The notes beneath the pieces were generated by a model. The model was not told the DNA's origin. It ran no database searches and saw only the letters and a list, made by a program, of their open reading frames with translations. This document shows positions 1 through 12,174 of a DNA stretch of 64,000 nt, one piece after another. The DNA comes from Camelus ferus (Eukaryota): assembly GCF_009834535.1 (NCBI RefSeq), contig NC_045696.1:86368001-86432000 (forward strand), read 5' to 3'. Both the position numbers and the translations under genes were made by a program. Numbering within the stretch: position 1 is the stretch's first letter; every line of letters starts with the position of its first letter.

Positions 1-120
1 AAAAACTGAAGGGAAAATCTAGAGAATTTTTCCCAATAATGTAGAAATTTTAAAGGAACTTGTTCTGAAAGGATAAAGAAATCTCTAGTTGGTTATTAAA
101 AAATGGGATACCCTGGTAGA

Positions 121-262
121 CAGCTGCAAACTCATGAGAGAACTTGAGCCAGAGGCACCTGGCTAAGCCAGGCTCAAATTTCTGACCACAGAAACTGAGC
201 GATAATAAGTACTGTTCAAATCACTAAGTTCTGGGATAATTTGTCACACAGTAATAGATCCT
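121..262 (+). mobile_element. MLT1-family MaLR LTR, 3' part
   Basis: 'gctaagcca..tctgaccacagaaactgagcgataataag..cactaagttctgggataatttgtcacacagtaataga' matches the typical MLT1 LTR 3' end. Confidence 0.75.
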
Positions 263-274
263 AAAATATTACCC

Positions 275-1172
275 AAGGCCAGGGGAAGAACCACCCAAAA
301 TGATTAGAGGGGTAAATCATCAGAGCTCACACAGGACCAGAAATAGTTCCTATTCCCAACAGCTAGAACAGAAAGCCTCACAAGCCATGGGGCACTGTGG
401 AATACTCAAAGTGGTTTTGTTTCATATATGGAGCAGAATTAGCTCTAGATTAAACACTGTTCTGATTTTACCTACCAAAGCCTATAAGCTAGTCTTCAAA
501 AGATTAAAACATTTCCAAGTAACTTAACTGCATCCCAGAATAAATCTCAGAAATATTTACAGGAATTTTAAAATATGCAACACCCAAAACTCAGTTTCTA
601 GCATTTTGTGAAAAATTATCAACCATGTAAAGAGGTAGGAAAATATGAACCATACAAAGAGAAAAAATGAATTGCACTGACCCAAAAATGACACAGATGA
701 CATAATTAGTATATAAGGACATTAAAGTAGTTGTTATAATTGCATTCCAAAGAGGAAACTTTGTATATATTAAGAGACATGGAAATTACAAAAAAGACCC
801 AAATCAAACTTCTAGATATGAAAACTGCAGGGTCTAAAATAAAAAATACACTGAACAATGCATAAGACGACTAGTGAACTTGAAGACATAGCAATAAAAA
901 TTATCCAAAATGACAGAAGAAAGATTATAAAAAATTAATAGAGCATCAGTGAAACAACCTCAAGCAGTCCAATATACATGATATTGGAGTCCCCAAAGTG
1001 GAGGAGAAAGAAGGAAAGATAGAAAAAAATCTTGAAAAAGTGGTCAAAAAAATTTCAAATCTGATGAAAAATATAAATCTAAAGATCCAAGAAACTAAAT
1101 GAACCCTAATGGAAACATAATGAAAAATTCACCAAGGCACAACGTAATCAAATTGCTTATAACTACTGAAAA
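275..1172 (+). mobile_element. Old L1 (L1MC/L1MD-like) 5' UTR end and degraded ORF1
   Basis: A-rich plus strand with L1 ORF1-type motifs: 'gacccaaaaatgacacagatg', 'agtgaacttgaagacatagcaata', 'ttggagtccccaaag', 'caaggcacaacgtaatcaaattgct'. Many stop codons. Confidence 0.75.
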
Positions 1173-1189
1173 AATTTAAACCAACCAAG

Positions 1190-1685
1190 ACAGGGTAGTG
1201 GTGATCACTGTATAATGTATAGAAATATTGAATCACTATGTTGTGCACCAGGAACACAATTGTAAGTCAATTATACTTCAAAAACAAACTCTTAGAAAAA
1301 GAGATCAGAGTTGTGATTATCAGAGGTAGGAATTGGGGGGAGGGGGAACTGGATGAAGATGGTCAAAAGGTACAAACATCCAGTTATAAGATAAATAATA
1401 AAATAAAAAATCGAGATGTGATGTACAACATGATTAACACAATTAACACTACTCTATGTTACATATGAAAGATGTTAGAGTAAGTCCTAAGAGTTCTTAT
1501 CACGAGAAAAATGTTTTTTTCCTTTTTATTTTGTATCTATATGAGACAACAGATGTTCACTAAACTTACTGTGGTAATCATGTCGTAATGTGTGTAAGTT
1601 AGATCATTAAGCTGTACACCCTAAGCTTATATAGTGCTGTATGTCAGTTATGTTTCAATAAAATTAGAAGAAAAGGATAAATAAA
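1190..1685 (+). mobile_element. L1 3' UTR fragment (L1_Art-like, artiodactyl)
   Basis: 'gaatcactatgttgtgcaccaggaac..gtcaattatacttcaaaaacaaactc..gaaaaagagatcaga..ggtcaaaaggtacaaac..gctgtacaccctaagcttatatagtgctgtatgtc..caataaaa'. Confidence 0.85.
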
Positions 1686-1734
1686 AAGGACATTAATGGG
1701 ATTAAAACACGTTTTTGTAGAATACTACCTAAGG

Positions 1735-2585
1735 TTGGATGAGTCAAAGTGACCCACTGTTGGTCCCCAACATTAAGGGGCCCCCAAAACATCTGTTCTC
1801 TTTACCCCAGTTTAAAATATATATGTATTTCAAAGGTTGGGAGGAAAATTTCACTGAGATACTTCACCAGCAGTTGGCAGACCAATTCATCAAGTTGAAG
1901 TACTGACAGAAGGGCCTAAACCCCTTGTGTTCAACCCTCACGGGAACCCCAGGGCCTTCTATACAAAATAGATTAAATGGTTAGGGGATAAAAAGTAAGG
2001 AAACCATCTAGGACTCCTTTTAAGAAAAAGACTTGTTGATTGGATCCTAATGGAAACTAAAGTTAAAGGATAAAGGTGGATAGAATTGAAACGAAGGTTT
2101 ATACAAATCGGCATATTTAAATGGATTTTGTATAAGATAGGTACATCTCTGCTGAATTATATTACGGGATAGACATGTTTTACTGAGAATGCTTCCCCTG
2201 CTTGGTATCATAAGACATGTGAATCTGTCCCTCAGGAAATATTAATTAAACATAATAAAGGAAACCAGTAGGATTACCTGAGCATGTACAATATAAAGTA
2301 AAACTGAAAGCAAATATTCAGGGGCTAATAAAAATAGTAATAGAGATTTTGCTCTGGGCCTAACCTATGCACTCAGAAATAGGGTCTTTGTTGAAAGACT
2401 TACGCAAGCTTTTGTAGGCATGATAAATTAAACCCTAAAGTTCTAGAACACAGAACTCTTGAATTTGTTTAGTTGGAAATCTCACCGATATTAAAAAAAA
2501 AAAAAAAGCATATAGCTGAGCAAATCAATATCTTAATATCATTTAGATGTCAGACCAGTTCTTTGCAGAATTAAAAGCAACTGTC
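1735..2585 (+). mobile_element. ERVL-class internal fragment (ERV3-16A3-int-like), degraded pro/pol region
   Basis: 'gggaaccccagggccttctatacaaa', 'ggactcctt', 'cctcaggaaatattaattaaacataataaaggaaaccagtaggattacctgagc' resemble my recall of ERV3-16A3_I. Confidence 0.6.
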
Positions 2586-2619
2586 TGTGTCTTACAAATC
2601 TCTACAGTTCAAAAATGTA

Positions 2620-4110
2620 TATGCAATCCACAGTGACCTGAGACGCACCCTTCTTAGCTCAATCAGGTACAACTCGAAACCAAGGGGGAAAAGGCCGCTG
2701 AAAACTCAAACCACTGGAAAGGCTCCCTCACCCAAAGTCTAATTCACAGCTTCCTTAAGGGTCTATCAAGGACAAACGCAAATCTTAAAAATCTTTTCCA
2801 CAAATTGTAAAGCCTTAGTCATCTGAGCAAGCAAATTTAACTTATTCCAACTGTTATTTATAAAATAGTAAGTATATATTGTAATAATTGATTCATAGCT
2901 TAAGTGTTCACATGAAGCTATGCGATCTCTAGTTTTGTCTGTTTATATGTTTTTGTATACATCAGACATACGCAATATCTCTACCTCCAGAAAATAGTAC
3001 CTAAATTAAATTTATGAAAGAGCTCTATTTAATTGACTTAAAAGCAAGCAATTACAAGTTAAATATTCTAAATATAAAAGACACTGGCCAGAATGAATTT
3101 CAGGTTCACATGATATAGGAAATAATCAGTATTAAATTGATAGCTGGTATTAAAGATAGCTCAAGTCTGTTGGTTTAATTAATATAGACATCTTTTATTG
3201 TACCTAGGTTAGTAAAGATCAATAAGTTCATGTTATTTCTGTTGCAGAGTTTGTCAGCAAGAAATAAAAAACTAACTTGGTATGATTTTCGTAAGTTGTA
3301 AACTAAAGGTAAATGGATGAGAGTTTTCAAGTGAACACTTTAAGAATCAATTATGTTTCGGGTATATCTATCTAAAATAATTTCTCCAAATCTTTGGTAA
3401 CTGAAAACTTAGAGTTTTGCTAAATTAAGTTAAACAACAGGAATCCATTGAATATCCAGGTCATTTCAAATAAGATAAAATACTGGAACATTAATTGCTA
3501 AATCAGGTCTAAAATTACCTATTTTTTATTCTTACAAGAGGAAAACTAAAGCTATTTAGAGATTATTAGACACACATCTTGTACCACATTGAAGAAAGAA
3601 ATTATACTGTGAGAAGATGAATGGTTCTAGAAGTTATAGAATGTTCCTAAGTTCCATGTCAGGAAATGCTCGTATGACAAAATGGTTCACAATTACTTGC
3701 TTCTTGGCTTTTGCTAAAGATTAAAGTTTTTAAGGGTTAAAATGGTAATATATGTAATAAATTAGGTAACTGAATTTTACTATTAAAATTAAGCTAGTTC
3801 AAGACTGGAGTTTGGTCCTTTCTCTGCTAAGAAAGTTTTCTTGGAATACTACTTTTGATAACAGACTATGTGAGTTTCTTTGCCTTTAAATGATCTGTAT
3901 TTGTTTTTGAAATCTTTCACTGTGGTTAAGTGAAGTATTGTTTCACAGTGACTTGTGATCCTATTTGACCAAATGTTTTGAAACTTTTTGGTATTTTTGA
4001 CAAATTTCCTCATTATCAAATTCTAATTAAGTTCTTTTGACCCCCAGCTAACTCTGGGATGCTTCAAAGGAACACTGAAACATCCCAAAGAGAGAAATTG
4101 CCACATATGA
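2620..4110 (+). mobile_element. ERV1 MER4-group internal non-coding AT-rich segment
   Basis: Typical MER4-int-type motifs: 'aaagagctctatttaattgacttaaa', 'tttcaggttcacatga', 'aaacttagagttttgctaaattaagttaaa', 'cacagtgacttgtgatcctatttgacc', 'tttgacaaatttcc..atcaaattctaa'. Confidence 0.75.
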
Positions 4111-4289
4111 ATTACTCTGATTTTTTATTTGAATTCTATAAATTGAAAACTACTCCAGAACACTGAAAATTAAGTGAAAAGCTTGCACTGTGCAAATATT
4201 TACTTTAAATGCAAGAACTAGGTCATGTTTAGGTCTGTTTCCGTTGGTCAGTTTTTTCTCTTCTCTTTGTATATCTGGTAATTTTTACT

Positions 4290-5460
4290 GCTAGATATTT
4301 TGTATTAAAAATTACTTATGTTGCCAGATGATGATATTGCCTTCAGAGAGAGAGAATCCTATTTTGTGATAGGTGGCCTAGAGGGAGTGGCTGGGGAGGT
4401 GGGTGAATATTCCCACAATCCCATCAGGGACAACCTGGCTTGAGGTTGGGTTGTCAGTTTTGTAAGGCTCAGTTAGCTTGTTTCACTCCATGGTGATTCT
4501 GCTTGTCTTATATTAGCTTTGTTACAAACTATCTTCTCAAGGATGTTTGTATAATAAACAGCCTTGCAAGATAAAGATACTATTTCTCTCAGTGGTAAAA
4601 AACAGAGGGTTTTGTTTGTTTGTAATCTTATTGATAATGTTTCCCTGGAGAGCAAAAGTTAGGCAGGTTTGCTAACAGGCCCCTTATGAAACTGGCAGGG
4701 TTCTTCTAAGCTCAAGGTTTGTCCCTCCTGACACAAACCCACCATGTGTGCAGCATCCTCCCGGATCTAATTTTACGTTGCCCCTATGGGACTTGAGGCG
4801 CAATGAGAACCAGTGCACATTGTGTTGCCTGCTATGCTGTGAATAATGAAGTTCTTTGCCCCTGACCCAGGAGTCCCATGCATTCTGTCAGCATCTGTGA
4901 AACTGCAGCAGGCTCACTTGTGAAGTAAGATTTCAGACCCTTGACATTCCTAAGATTAAGTCTTCATTGGTCTCAAGTGAGAATTTGGCATATTTTGTAG
5001 AATCCTTCTTGCTGAACTCCAATTTTTATCTTCTTAGCTTCATGAGACTGCAGAAAATTTTGTTCTGCTTTTTACTGACTTTCCATTTAGCCTCTTAACC
5101 TCTGACCCTGAGCATCTTAAGAAATTAGCTAACACCTTGAGGGAAAATCCTGCTGAGGAAGGTTCCTCTCTTCTCTCTGGGTCTTGTCCCCTCATGTCCT
5201 GTTACCTGAAAATCTCTAAAATCCATCTTTTTTTTTAATTCTATCACTGTGAACTTCCTATAAGTCCTTTTGTCCTTTCTATCTTTAAAGTGTAATCTTC
5301 TAAGTTGTATGACCGGTACCTTACTCCAAATTCAGCACAATCCCTGAGGAAAAAATCACTCACTGCATGTTGGTTCATGTATCTATCTGTGTTTCCTTCT
5401 CTCCAGGCTCTAGGATCTTTAAGTCTTGGTTGCTTTAGCAGCCATGAAGTACCTTCAAAG
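4290..5460 (-). mobile_element. Very old L1 5' region (L1ME/L1M4-like), interrupted by the LTR at about 4500-4945
   Basis: T-rich plus strand with weak similarity to antisense old-L1 5' ends ('cttcagagagagagaatcctatttt', 'ccttgagggaaaa', 'cctcttctctctgggtcttgtcccctca'). Confidence 0.4.
4500..4945 (+). mobile_element. ERVL solo LTR (MER54/MER74-group-like)
   Basis: 'ctcaaggatgtttgtataataaacagccttg.aagata', 'ctaagctc', 'acacaaacccac', 'ctgacccaggagtc', and a terminal 'tcagacccttgaca'. Confidence 0.7.
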
Positions 5461-5477
5461 TAAAGTTCATTCCTTTC

Positions 5478-5585
5478 CTTCTTTTCTTTTTTTCTTTCCT
5501 TAGCAGGGACACTATAGAGATTGAGCCCAGGACCTCTTGCACACCAAGCATGAGCTCTAACCAGAGAGCTAAACTCCCCACCCCT
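5478..5585 (-). mobile_element. tRNA-derived short SINE (camelid-type), diverged copy
   Basis: Reverse complement reads ggggagtttagctctctggttagagctcatgcttggtgtgcaagaggtcctgggctcaatc, with A and B boxes and an A-rich tail. Homologous to the copy at 41436. Confidence 0.75.
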
Positions 5586-7124
5586 TCCTTTTCTTCTTTT
5601 CTTTTCCTTCTTCTTCTGTTCTATTTTGTCTTCGCTTCTCTTTTTTCTCTCTCCTTCTCTCCTTCTGTCCCTCCCTCACTCTTTCTTCCTTACTGTTTTT
5701 CTACTTACCACTATGAGTGTTGTTCTGCCAAAAGCTACTGCACTTCGGCAGGTGACCAGCTGTATGACACTGATATACCTTACAGATACTTTAATCAAAA
5801 GATCATATTAAATGAGCATTTGAGGTACTTTAGTTAATGTGCCTCTGAATAGCTAATTTCCTATGTCAGTAGCACAGGCAGAATTTAATATCAACGTATT
5901 ATTTCCACTACATAAATACTTCTTTATTAAACATGTGAAGCAGATTTGATATTTTATAGACTGTAATAATGCATATTGCACTATACAATATGAAATTTTA
6001 TGAAATTCTACTCAGCTTATCAGCCTCACTTCTCATCATTACAAAAATTTGACTTTGTTGACTCAAGGCAATCAGTTATTTCAAACTATAGAGCTTGGAT
6101 TTAGGAATGGCTGAAGGCTTAGTTAAATTCAGGTTTCTCCCATTCAGTATTCTCCTTGTGCTCTGTCAGCATTCTTGTGTCCTGAGGATACACCTAGCAG
6201 GGCACCCACTGCATGGACACGATGTGCTGGTGACGACCACGTCTCATCTTTCAGCATAGGCAGTACATGCAGATAAATCTGGGGTGCTGAGACTTCCACC
6301 CCTGAGCCTTCAGTTCAACTCACGTTGTCACTGCTGATCTTTGAGTCACAAACTTATCGATGAGTTCCTACCTTGCCCGCCTACTTTACATTCTCAGATC
6401 TAGGGTTTCCTTGCCTTTTGCCTCTATAGCTCCCTGGTAAGCATCCAGCTTTCAATTCTGGGCAGCCTTTTATGCCCTGCTTAGGTAGTCATGCTATTCC
6501 CTGTCTCCTCCCTACCCTGTAGGGGCTGAGTAAACATTTAAAGGCATGCGGTGAGGGTGACTATATCATTTCCTCTCTCTACCTATGGTAACAGTGTGAT
6601 GACCCCATTTGGAATGGGTAACCTGAAACTGCCTCCCGCCAGAAACTCAAATAATGGGAATCAATCTCTTTGCCTTCACAATTTCAGAATTATCCAGAGG
6701 TTTGTGTTAATTCTTTTTGGCTTGTTTTCTAAAAAAGAGGCCAGACAGCAGGGACCTATATCTGTTTTCCTTTCCCACTCATATTAAATCTCAGAATAGG
6801 TTTTGCTCTTCCACTGTTTAGTGGGAAAACTGTCATGTTTTGTCACTGTATTTTTAGTCTGTGTTGTATGATATAAGGTTTGTGCTGCAATGCCCTCAAG
6901 CTTTGATTTGGGTATGCAAGGCCAAGTTTTTGATTGCCAGAGCCCTTTTTCTTTCTCATGGTGTTGTGTTCTAAAAATAAAAGCATTTTTGATTTTAATC
7001 TACAATCTCCATTATGAGTTTAAGAAATAATCTCAATATTTAATTAACTTCTTTCTTTTGGACTGTATCTGCTCTCTCCTGAAGCAATAAATGCTGCTCT
7101 GACTTGGTGGTGAGCTGTGGTGTA

Positions 7125-7435
7125 CCCAAATTTATGTGTCGCTGGGGGAGGTCAAGAGAAAACACCATTCACACAACGCCCCAGAACCGTGCTGGTGAGA
7201 CGGGCAATAGCGTTACTGGGAAGATTGGTGGTTTCTCTCTGCAGGTCGTGGTAAGTAAGGCCATAAATATCGATGAGGTTGGACGTGCTCCATGTTACTA
7301 GGAGCCAAGTGGCAATGCTTAACCATCGGAATTTGGGAGATCATAATTACCATAACCAAATGGACAGGCAGAAGGGCTTGAGCCACACTAAGTTGTGCAG
7401 CTGGTTAATAGGACATGGTGCCCGAGAGGCGAAAG
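7125..7435 (+). mobile_element. ERVL (ERVL-E/B4-like) internal, gag C-terminal remnant
   Basis: 'aacaccattcacacaa..gtgctggtgagacgggca', 'gagccaagtggcaatgcttaaccatc', 'aattaccataa', 'ggttaataggacatggtg' follow the ERVL gag pattern. Confidence 0.7.
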
Positions 7436-7444
7436 AGTGGAGCA

Positions 7445-7830
7445 GGCAAGAGGATTCTGTGACGATGGTGGAGTAGGAAGCAGCAGGAATTTGTCTCTCT
7501 GCCTAGACAACAATTGCACTGGCAGAATCTGTCTGATGTAACTATTTTGGAACTCTGAAGTTTACCAAAGGCTTGGACTTCCAGGTGAAAGCTTGGACAG
7601 TAACTTGTAGTTAATTTCAGTCAATTCAGCCCTTAGCTCCACAGCAGTTACCCACCTCCCAACACCCAGATACCTGGCAAACAGCCTTGCATATGTTCCT
7701 GGAACTGTTTGTACCCACGAGCCAGGGTGGGCAATAAAAATCCTGTCCTCCAAAAAATCATGGATCTATGCTGTGTGACCAGGGAGCACAAAAGATGCAG
7801 ACACAGAAGCAGACAACTGGAGTCCTGGAT
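7445..7830 (+). mobile_element. Isolated L1 5' UTR start (L1M2/L1MB-like)
   Basis: 'gatggtggagtaggaagc..tctctctgcctagacaacaattgcactggcagaatctgtctgatgtaactattttggaactctg..agccagggtgggcaa..ctgtcctccaaa'. Confidence 0.7.
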
Positions 7831-7849
7831 CTAACGAGTCCACTGTGAA

Positions 7850-8135
7850 CCGGCCAGAGTCTTGGCTAAAGTTCAGTCACAGTAGGTTTACTGAAGCCAT
7901 GGTTCCACACAGTGCTCATTTCCCTAACCTGTGGTGTATATTTAGTATTTATATACATGAAAGTTGGAGTAATACCCACATTAAGCTCCTCATCTATTAT
8001 TGAAGAGAGATATAGTGGGAAAGACCAAGCAGAATTCTCTAAAAAGCACCCCTTCACACAAATACATACCACACATACACAACCAAGACGTAAACCAGAA
8101 ACAATATTATTTCCTACAGGAGATTAGGCTTAAAT

Positions 8136-8197
<62 letters not shown>

Positions 8198-8610
8198 AGT
8201 CTCCAAGAACAAAGAAGTGGTGTCCCCTATCCCATCTGCCTTTAATTTACTAGAATGGCCCCTGCAGAAATAGACGGCATCCTGTAGAAAAACTGTAAGA
8301 CACACATGCTCCAGAAGATGGAAGAAACCTTCCAAAGATTCAGGGAGATTTCACAACAGGGAAGTGTTTAAGGGTCCAACCTTTGGAGGCAGGGGATATT
8401 CCCTCTAAAATAAAAGACAAATTTCTGTACCTTAAAACACCTACCACCAAATATGAAGCAGCATAGTTGAGAGGCCTGTCTGTCTGTTCCGGAGGTACCG
8501 CGTTCATGCCTGGTCACTCGAATCTGGCCCATAAATTAGATGACACAGAAGGCTGCTAGCTTGGAGTAGGGGCAGAGAGGAAGGGGTTCTGCAGCAAGGC
8601 TCGGCTATTT
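7850..8610 (+). mobile_element. ERVL internal protease/pol remnant with an internal RT deletion
   Basis: 'agtcttggctaaagttc..cacagtaggt', 'cccacatt', 'gtgggaaagaccaag', 'tggcccctgcagaaa', 'caaagattcaggg', 'gatattccctctaaaataaaagacaa', 'gaaggctgctagcttggagtagggg' are collinear with ERVL pro-pol. Confidence 0.75.
8136..8197 (+). repeat. (AAC)n microsatellite, about 20-21 perfect units
   Basis: Read directly. It produces the poly-Leu run in ORF 8114..8335(-). Confidence 0.98.
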
Positions 8611-9059
8611 TTGAACAATGTGTCTCCTTTCAGTTGCCCTTTTCCCTCTCTCACATATGGCTCTGAAATCCACATGTAGTCACTCACTTTACATAGTATT
8701 TAAAATAAACGTGCACCTTTCACATCCCTTCGAGACCTGGCTTCCATCTGTCTCTAGTATTCTCTTACTCACCTGTCCTGAACCTGTAAACACAGCACTC
8801 ACAGTCTCTACCCATGACCAGCTATTCTTGGATTTCTCAACATGACATACCCTCTGCAAGTGCTTGTTCTTGTGTTTGCAAACTCATTTTAACTGACATC
8901 ATTTTTGTTCCCAGTTCTTCTGAAAAATCCCCTCTCTTATACTCCCAGGTCAAATTTAGGTCACTTCCTTCTTGGGAAAATTTTCTAACCTCCCTTCTAA
9001 CATTTCCCATCTTCCTTAACTAAAAGCTCTGAAATTCAGTTAGCATATGTCAGCCCTCA

Positions 9060-9240
9060 TTAAATACGCCTGGAGCATTTATCATGCAGTAGGTGAACTG
9101 GTTCTTTATATCTTTGTCTCCTCTAGATTATGAGATCCCTTGAAAGTAGAGACAAGGATTTACTCACTTTGTATTACCAGCACTTCTCATGGTGCTTGCT
9201 CCCTGGGAGAAACATGACTACTTATTGAATAAACGCATTA
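9060..9240 (+). mobile_element. L2 3' end
   Basis: 'tgtctcctctagattatgagatcccttgaaagtagagac..ctttgtattaccagcac..ttattgaataaa'. Confidence 0.65.
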
Positions 9241-10829
9241 CTTAATCACAAATGATACCCAGACTTTTCCAAATATTTTGTTGAAATTTTCCCTTTTGGC
9301 AGAAAATTCCCTTCACCTCTTTTCAAAACCTTCTCTCTTTCCATTTTAACTGAAATTGTGTTCTATATTAAGAGCACTACTCCCTCAATAGCCCCATCTC
9401 TGCAGGATGCATTTCTAACCACAAACCCTCCCCACACTACCAGGCACTGACACATTCTAAACATTGTTATTTTTTTTCCACTTTTTAGATGAGAATTATC
9501 CTACCTATTGGCACACCTCCTCACCTTTGACTTTTACAGAATACTGCTGAATAACTTCTACTTCTCTTTGTCATAGATTTTCACTGATTTCTAAGTTACA
9601 ACGTCACATTCAGCAAAGATGAGTTTTTCTATAATTGCAAATAGAAGGGCAATTCTGATGCCCATATTAAAGACAAATCAAAGAGTCTAACCTCCTATTT
9701 CATGGATTCAATTCAAATATCTTATTTGCATTCCATTTTAGCTATGTCCTCTGACATCTATTTCATATAACCTCGATGTGTTCCGTATCATAAATATTAA
9801 TGTAAAGATCAGGGTTTCTGATTGTAGTCCCCTGTTCTTCCAGTTCTTTCATACTCCTACTTGCAGTAACCACAGTTCTTGATCTCATTACGTTCTTGAC
9901 TTCTTTTTCCTTTCCATTTGAATCTGGTTGATCAAAGTTCCTCTTAGATTCATTTCTTTTGATAACAAGTCTGAATTCATAATGAGTAACCGTATTAGTC
10001 AGGAGTTCTCATTTTAAATCACCTAATGTCAGTATTTAATATTTAATCCAAAACAGGAATTTACTGAATGATCTGCAGTATCTGTAAGTAGCACATGAAA
10101 TCAGAACTAGACATGGAGAAGAAGGGTTCATAGACTGTGTGCACGCATGACCACAGCCAGCATTACCCCCAAATATGCTCCAGTGAAGACTCCTTTTGCA
10201 GCACTAATAATTACTACTAATAATAATTACTAATAATTGGCCAAACCAAAAACAGAGCTTCACTGTACACTAGATATATCACTAATGATGCCTCTGTCAT
10301 TATGTCCTATAATTAGATTCTTTCACAATAGTTTTGCCACCACAAAAATTTTTTTATTGTTTCCTAGTAAATTTTGTTTACTATGTCCAGAAAGGCCGAA
10401 TATTAGTTTCAACTTCCAGTTCAAAGGAATATCTTTTATGTTGGCTGGTGAAACCATTTTTGCCCTTGAGCGTAAAACTTCTCAAGCAGCAAAGACCCCA
10501 AACATGGAGACAGGAAGCAATATTTTTATAAGTTGAAAATTTTGAAGCAATAATAGTACATATTTCCTGTTTTCCCTTTAATTTTTCAGCAGTGAATTTA
10601 GTCCACATTTTTTAAGCCCAAATTTAAATGTATTTGTGACTAATTCTCTAATCTTACTCCTTCTGAGGATCTGACTGTCTTTTTTAAACCATTGATACCA
10701 CCAGTGAATTATCACTGGCCATCAGTATTAGGCTAGAATATGCCAAGGACAAAACAGTCTTACTGTCTCACTAACAGAGCAAATGTGTCCTCTCATTCCT
10801 ATTACAGGTACACAGTTTGACAAGGTAGA

Positions 10830-11095
10830 GAGAGCAGAAGGGGCTCTGCAGTTAAAATCACTTAGAACCAACCATGACAGAGCATCACCGGCTTGTAGCT
10901 GCGCCGCTGGAATGCGGGTCTGGCTCAGCTGCTAGACGGGGGAAGCTGGAGCTGAAGGGCGGTGCTGACAGTCGTTTCTTTCTCTCACTGCCCTTTGGCC
11001 AGATGTCATCATTATCACATCATCCTAAGTACCTAACTACAAGAGGGTGAGAAAATGCAGGGCAAGAGAGAGAATGTTTAGAAGCACCCAACTGT
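10830..11095 (-). mobile_element. Old MLT1 (I/J/K-like) LTR fragment
   Basis: 'ttggccagatgtc..cacat..cctaactacaagagggtgagaaaatgcag' is the antisense of the MLT1 5' motif. Confidence 0.5.
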
Positions 11096-11844
11096 TACAA
11101 GAGCTATTCTCCTAGACAAAGAAAAGTGCTCCTCACAATCCAGCTACTGACAAGGCTTCCCATTTCTCTGATGCTTCAGGGAAAATCCACTTAAGGGTGA
11201 ATGAATGGAGCTCAGTTTCTGTTGGTGCCAACATATCTTGCAGAGCCATCTCTTCTTAAGGTTTACTTTTTTCCCCTGGGACAACTGATCATAGGAAACG
11301 TCTTACAAGGAGGTGACAATACAGACAAAATAGGCACAGAGAATGCAAACCACCTGCTGGGGAATTTTTGCTATTGTGGCCCCTAGAGGGGATTTCCTAA
11401 CATTCCAAAGGACACTGAGGCCCCAGTGACGTCTCTAAACTGGTGGCTCTCTCAGCTATGTTGGAACAAAGCTCCCACCCTCTGGCATATACGGAACTTC
11501 CAAGAGAATCTCAGTTATTTGCTTTGTTAGTTGTCTAGGTACTAAGAGCCTCTGGGGCCCTGGGATTCTGCCACGTTCACTGAAATCAGGGAGTTTTGGA
11601 TTGAAACATATTCTAATACACTCTGTCTGTAGAAAACAAGCCCAAAAAAGCACTGTTTAAAAATACCAGCACTTTATTAATCAAAATATTTCTTAATGCC
11701 TTGGTGAATGGAGTATTTTCAGGACATCCTTACATGTCCTGGTTCCTGGAAGTAATTAAGGAGTGGGTGTTTGGATCCCACATGAAATATACACACCAAC
11801 ATTTCTGTCTACCTCATTATTTCAGTACATTTCTGGCATCACAG

Positions 11845-12065
11845 AGAACAGCATGGGTTCATGGATAAGAGTAGGGACCCTGCAGTCTAGGTGTAAGTCC
11901 CAGTTCTGCTGCTTCCTCAGTCCATTTCCCTGCCGTCCTTTTCCCCACCTGTGCGATAAAGGATAATCTATTTACCTGACATAACGTATTGTAATAAATA
12001 AATGAATTAATCTATGTATAACACTCAAAAGAGAGCTTGGAATATACAAAGAAATCAATGAAAAT
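11845..12065 (+). mobile_element. MIR SINE
   Basis: 'cagcatgg..ggataagagt..gtcccagttctgc..ttccccacctgt..ggataat..tacctgacataa..aaatgaattaatctatgtataacact'. Confidence 0.7.
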
Positions 12066-12174
12066 AAATAATAAATAGTATCTAAAATGTATCTATCATA
12101 AACCACTACTGAGTCCATGATTTATGCAAACAACCTAGCAAAAAATTAGAAAGACTTCAAACTGCCTAAGTTAG

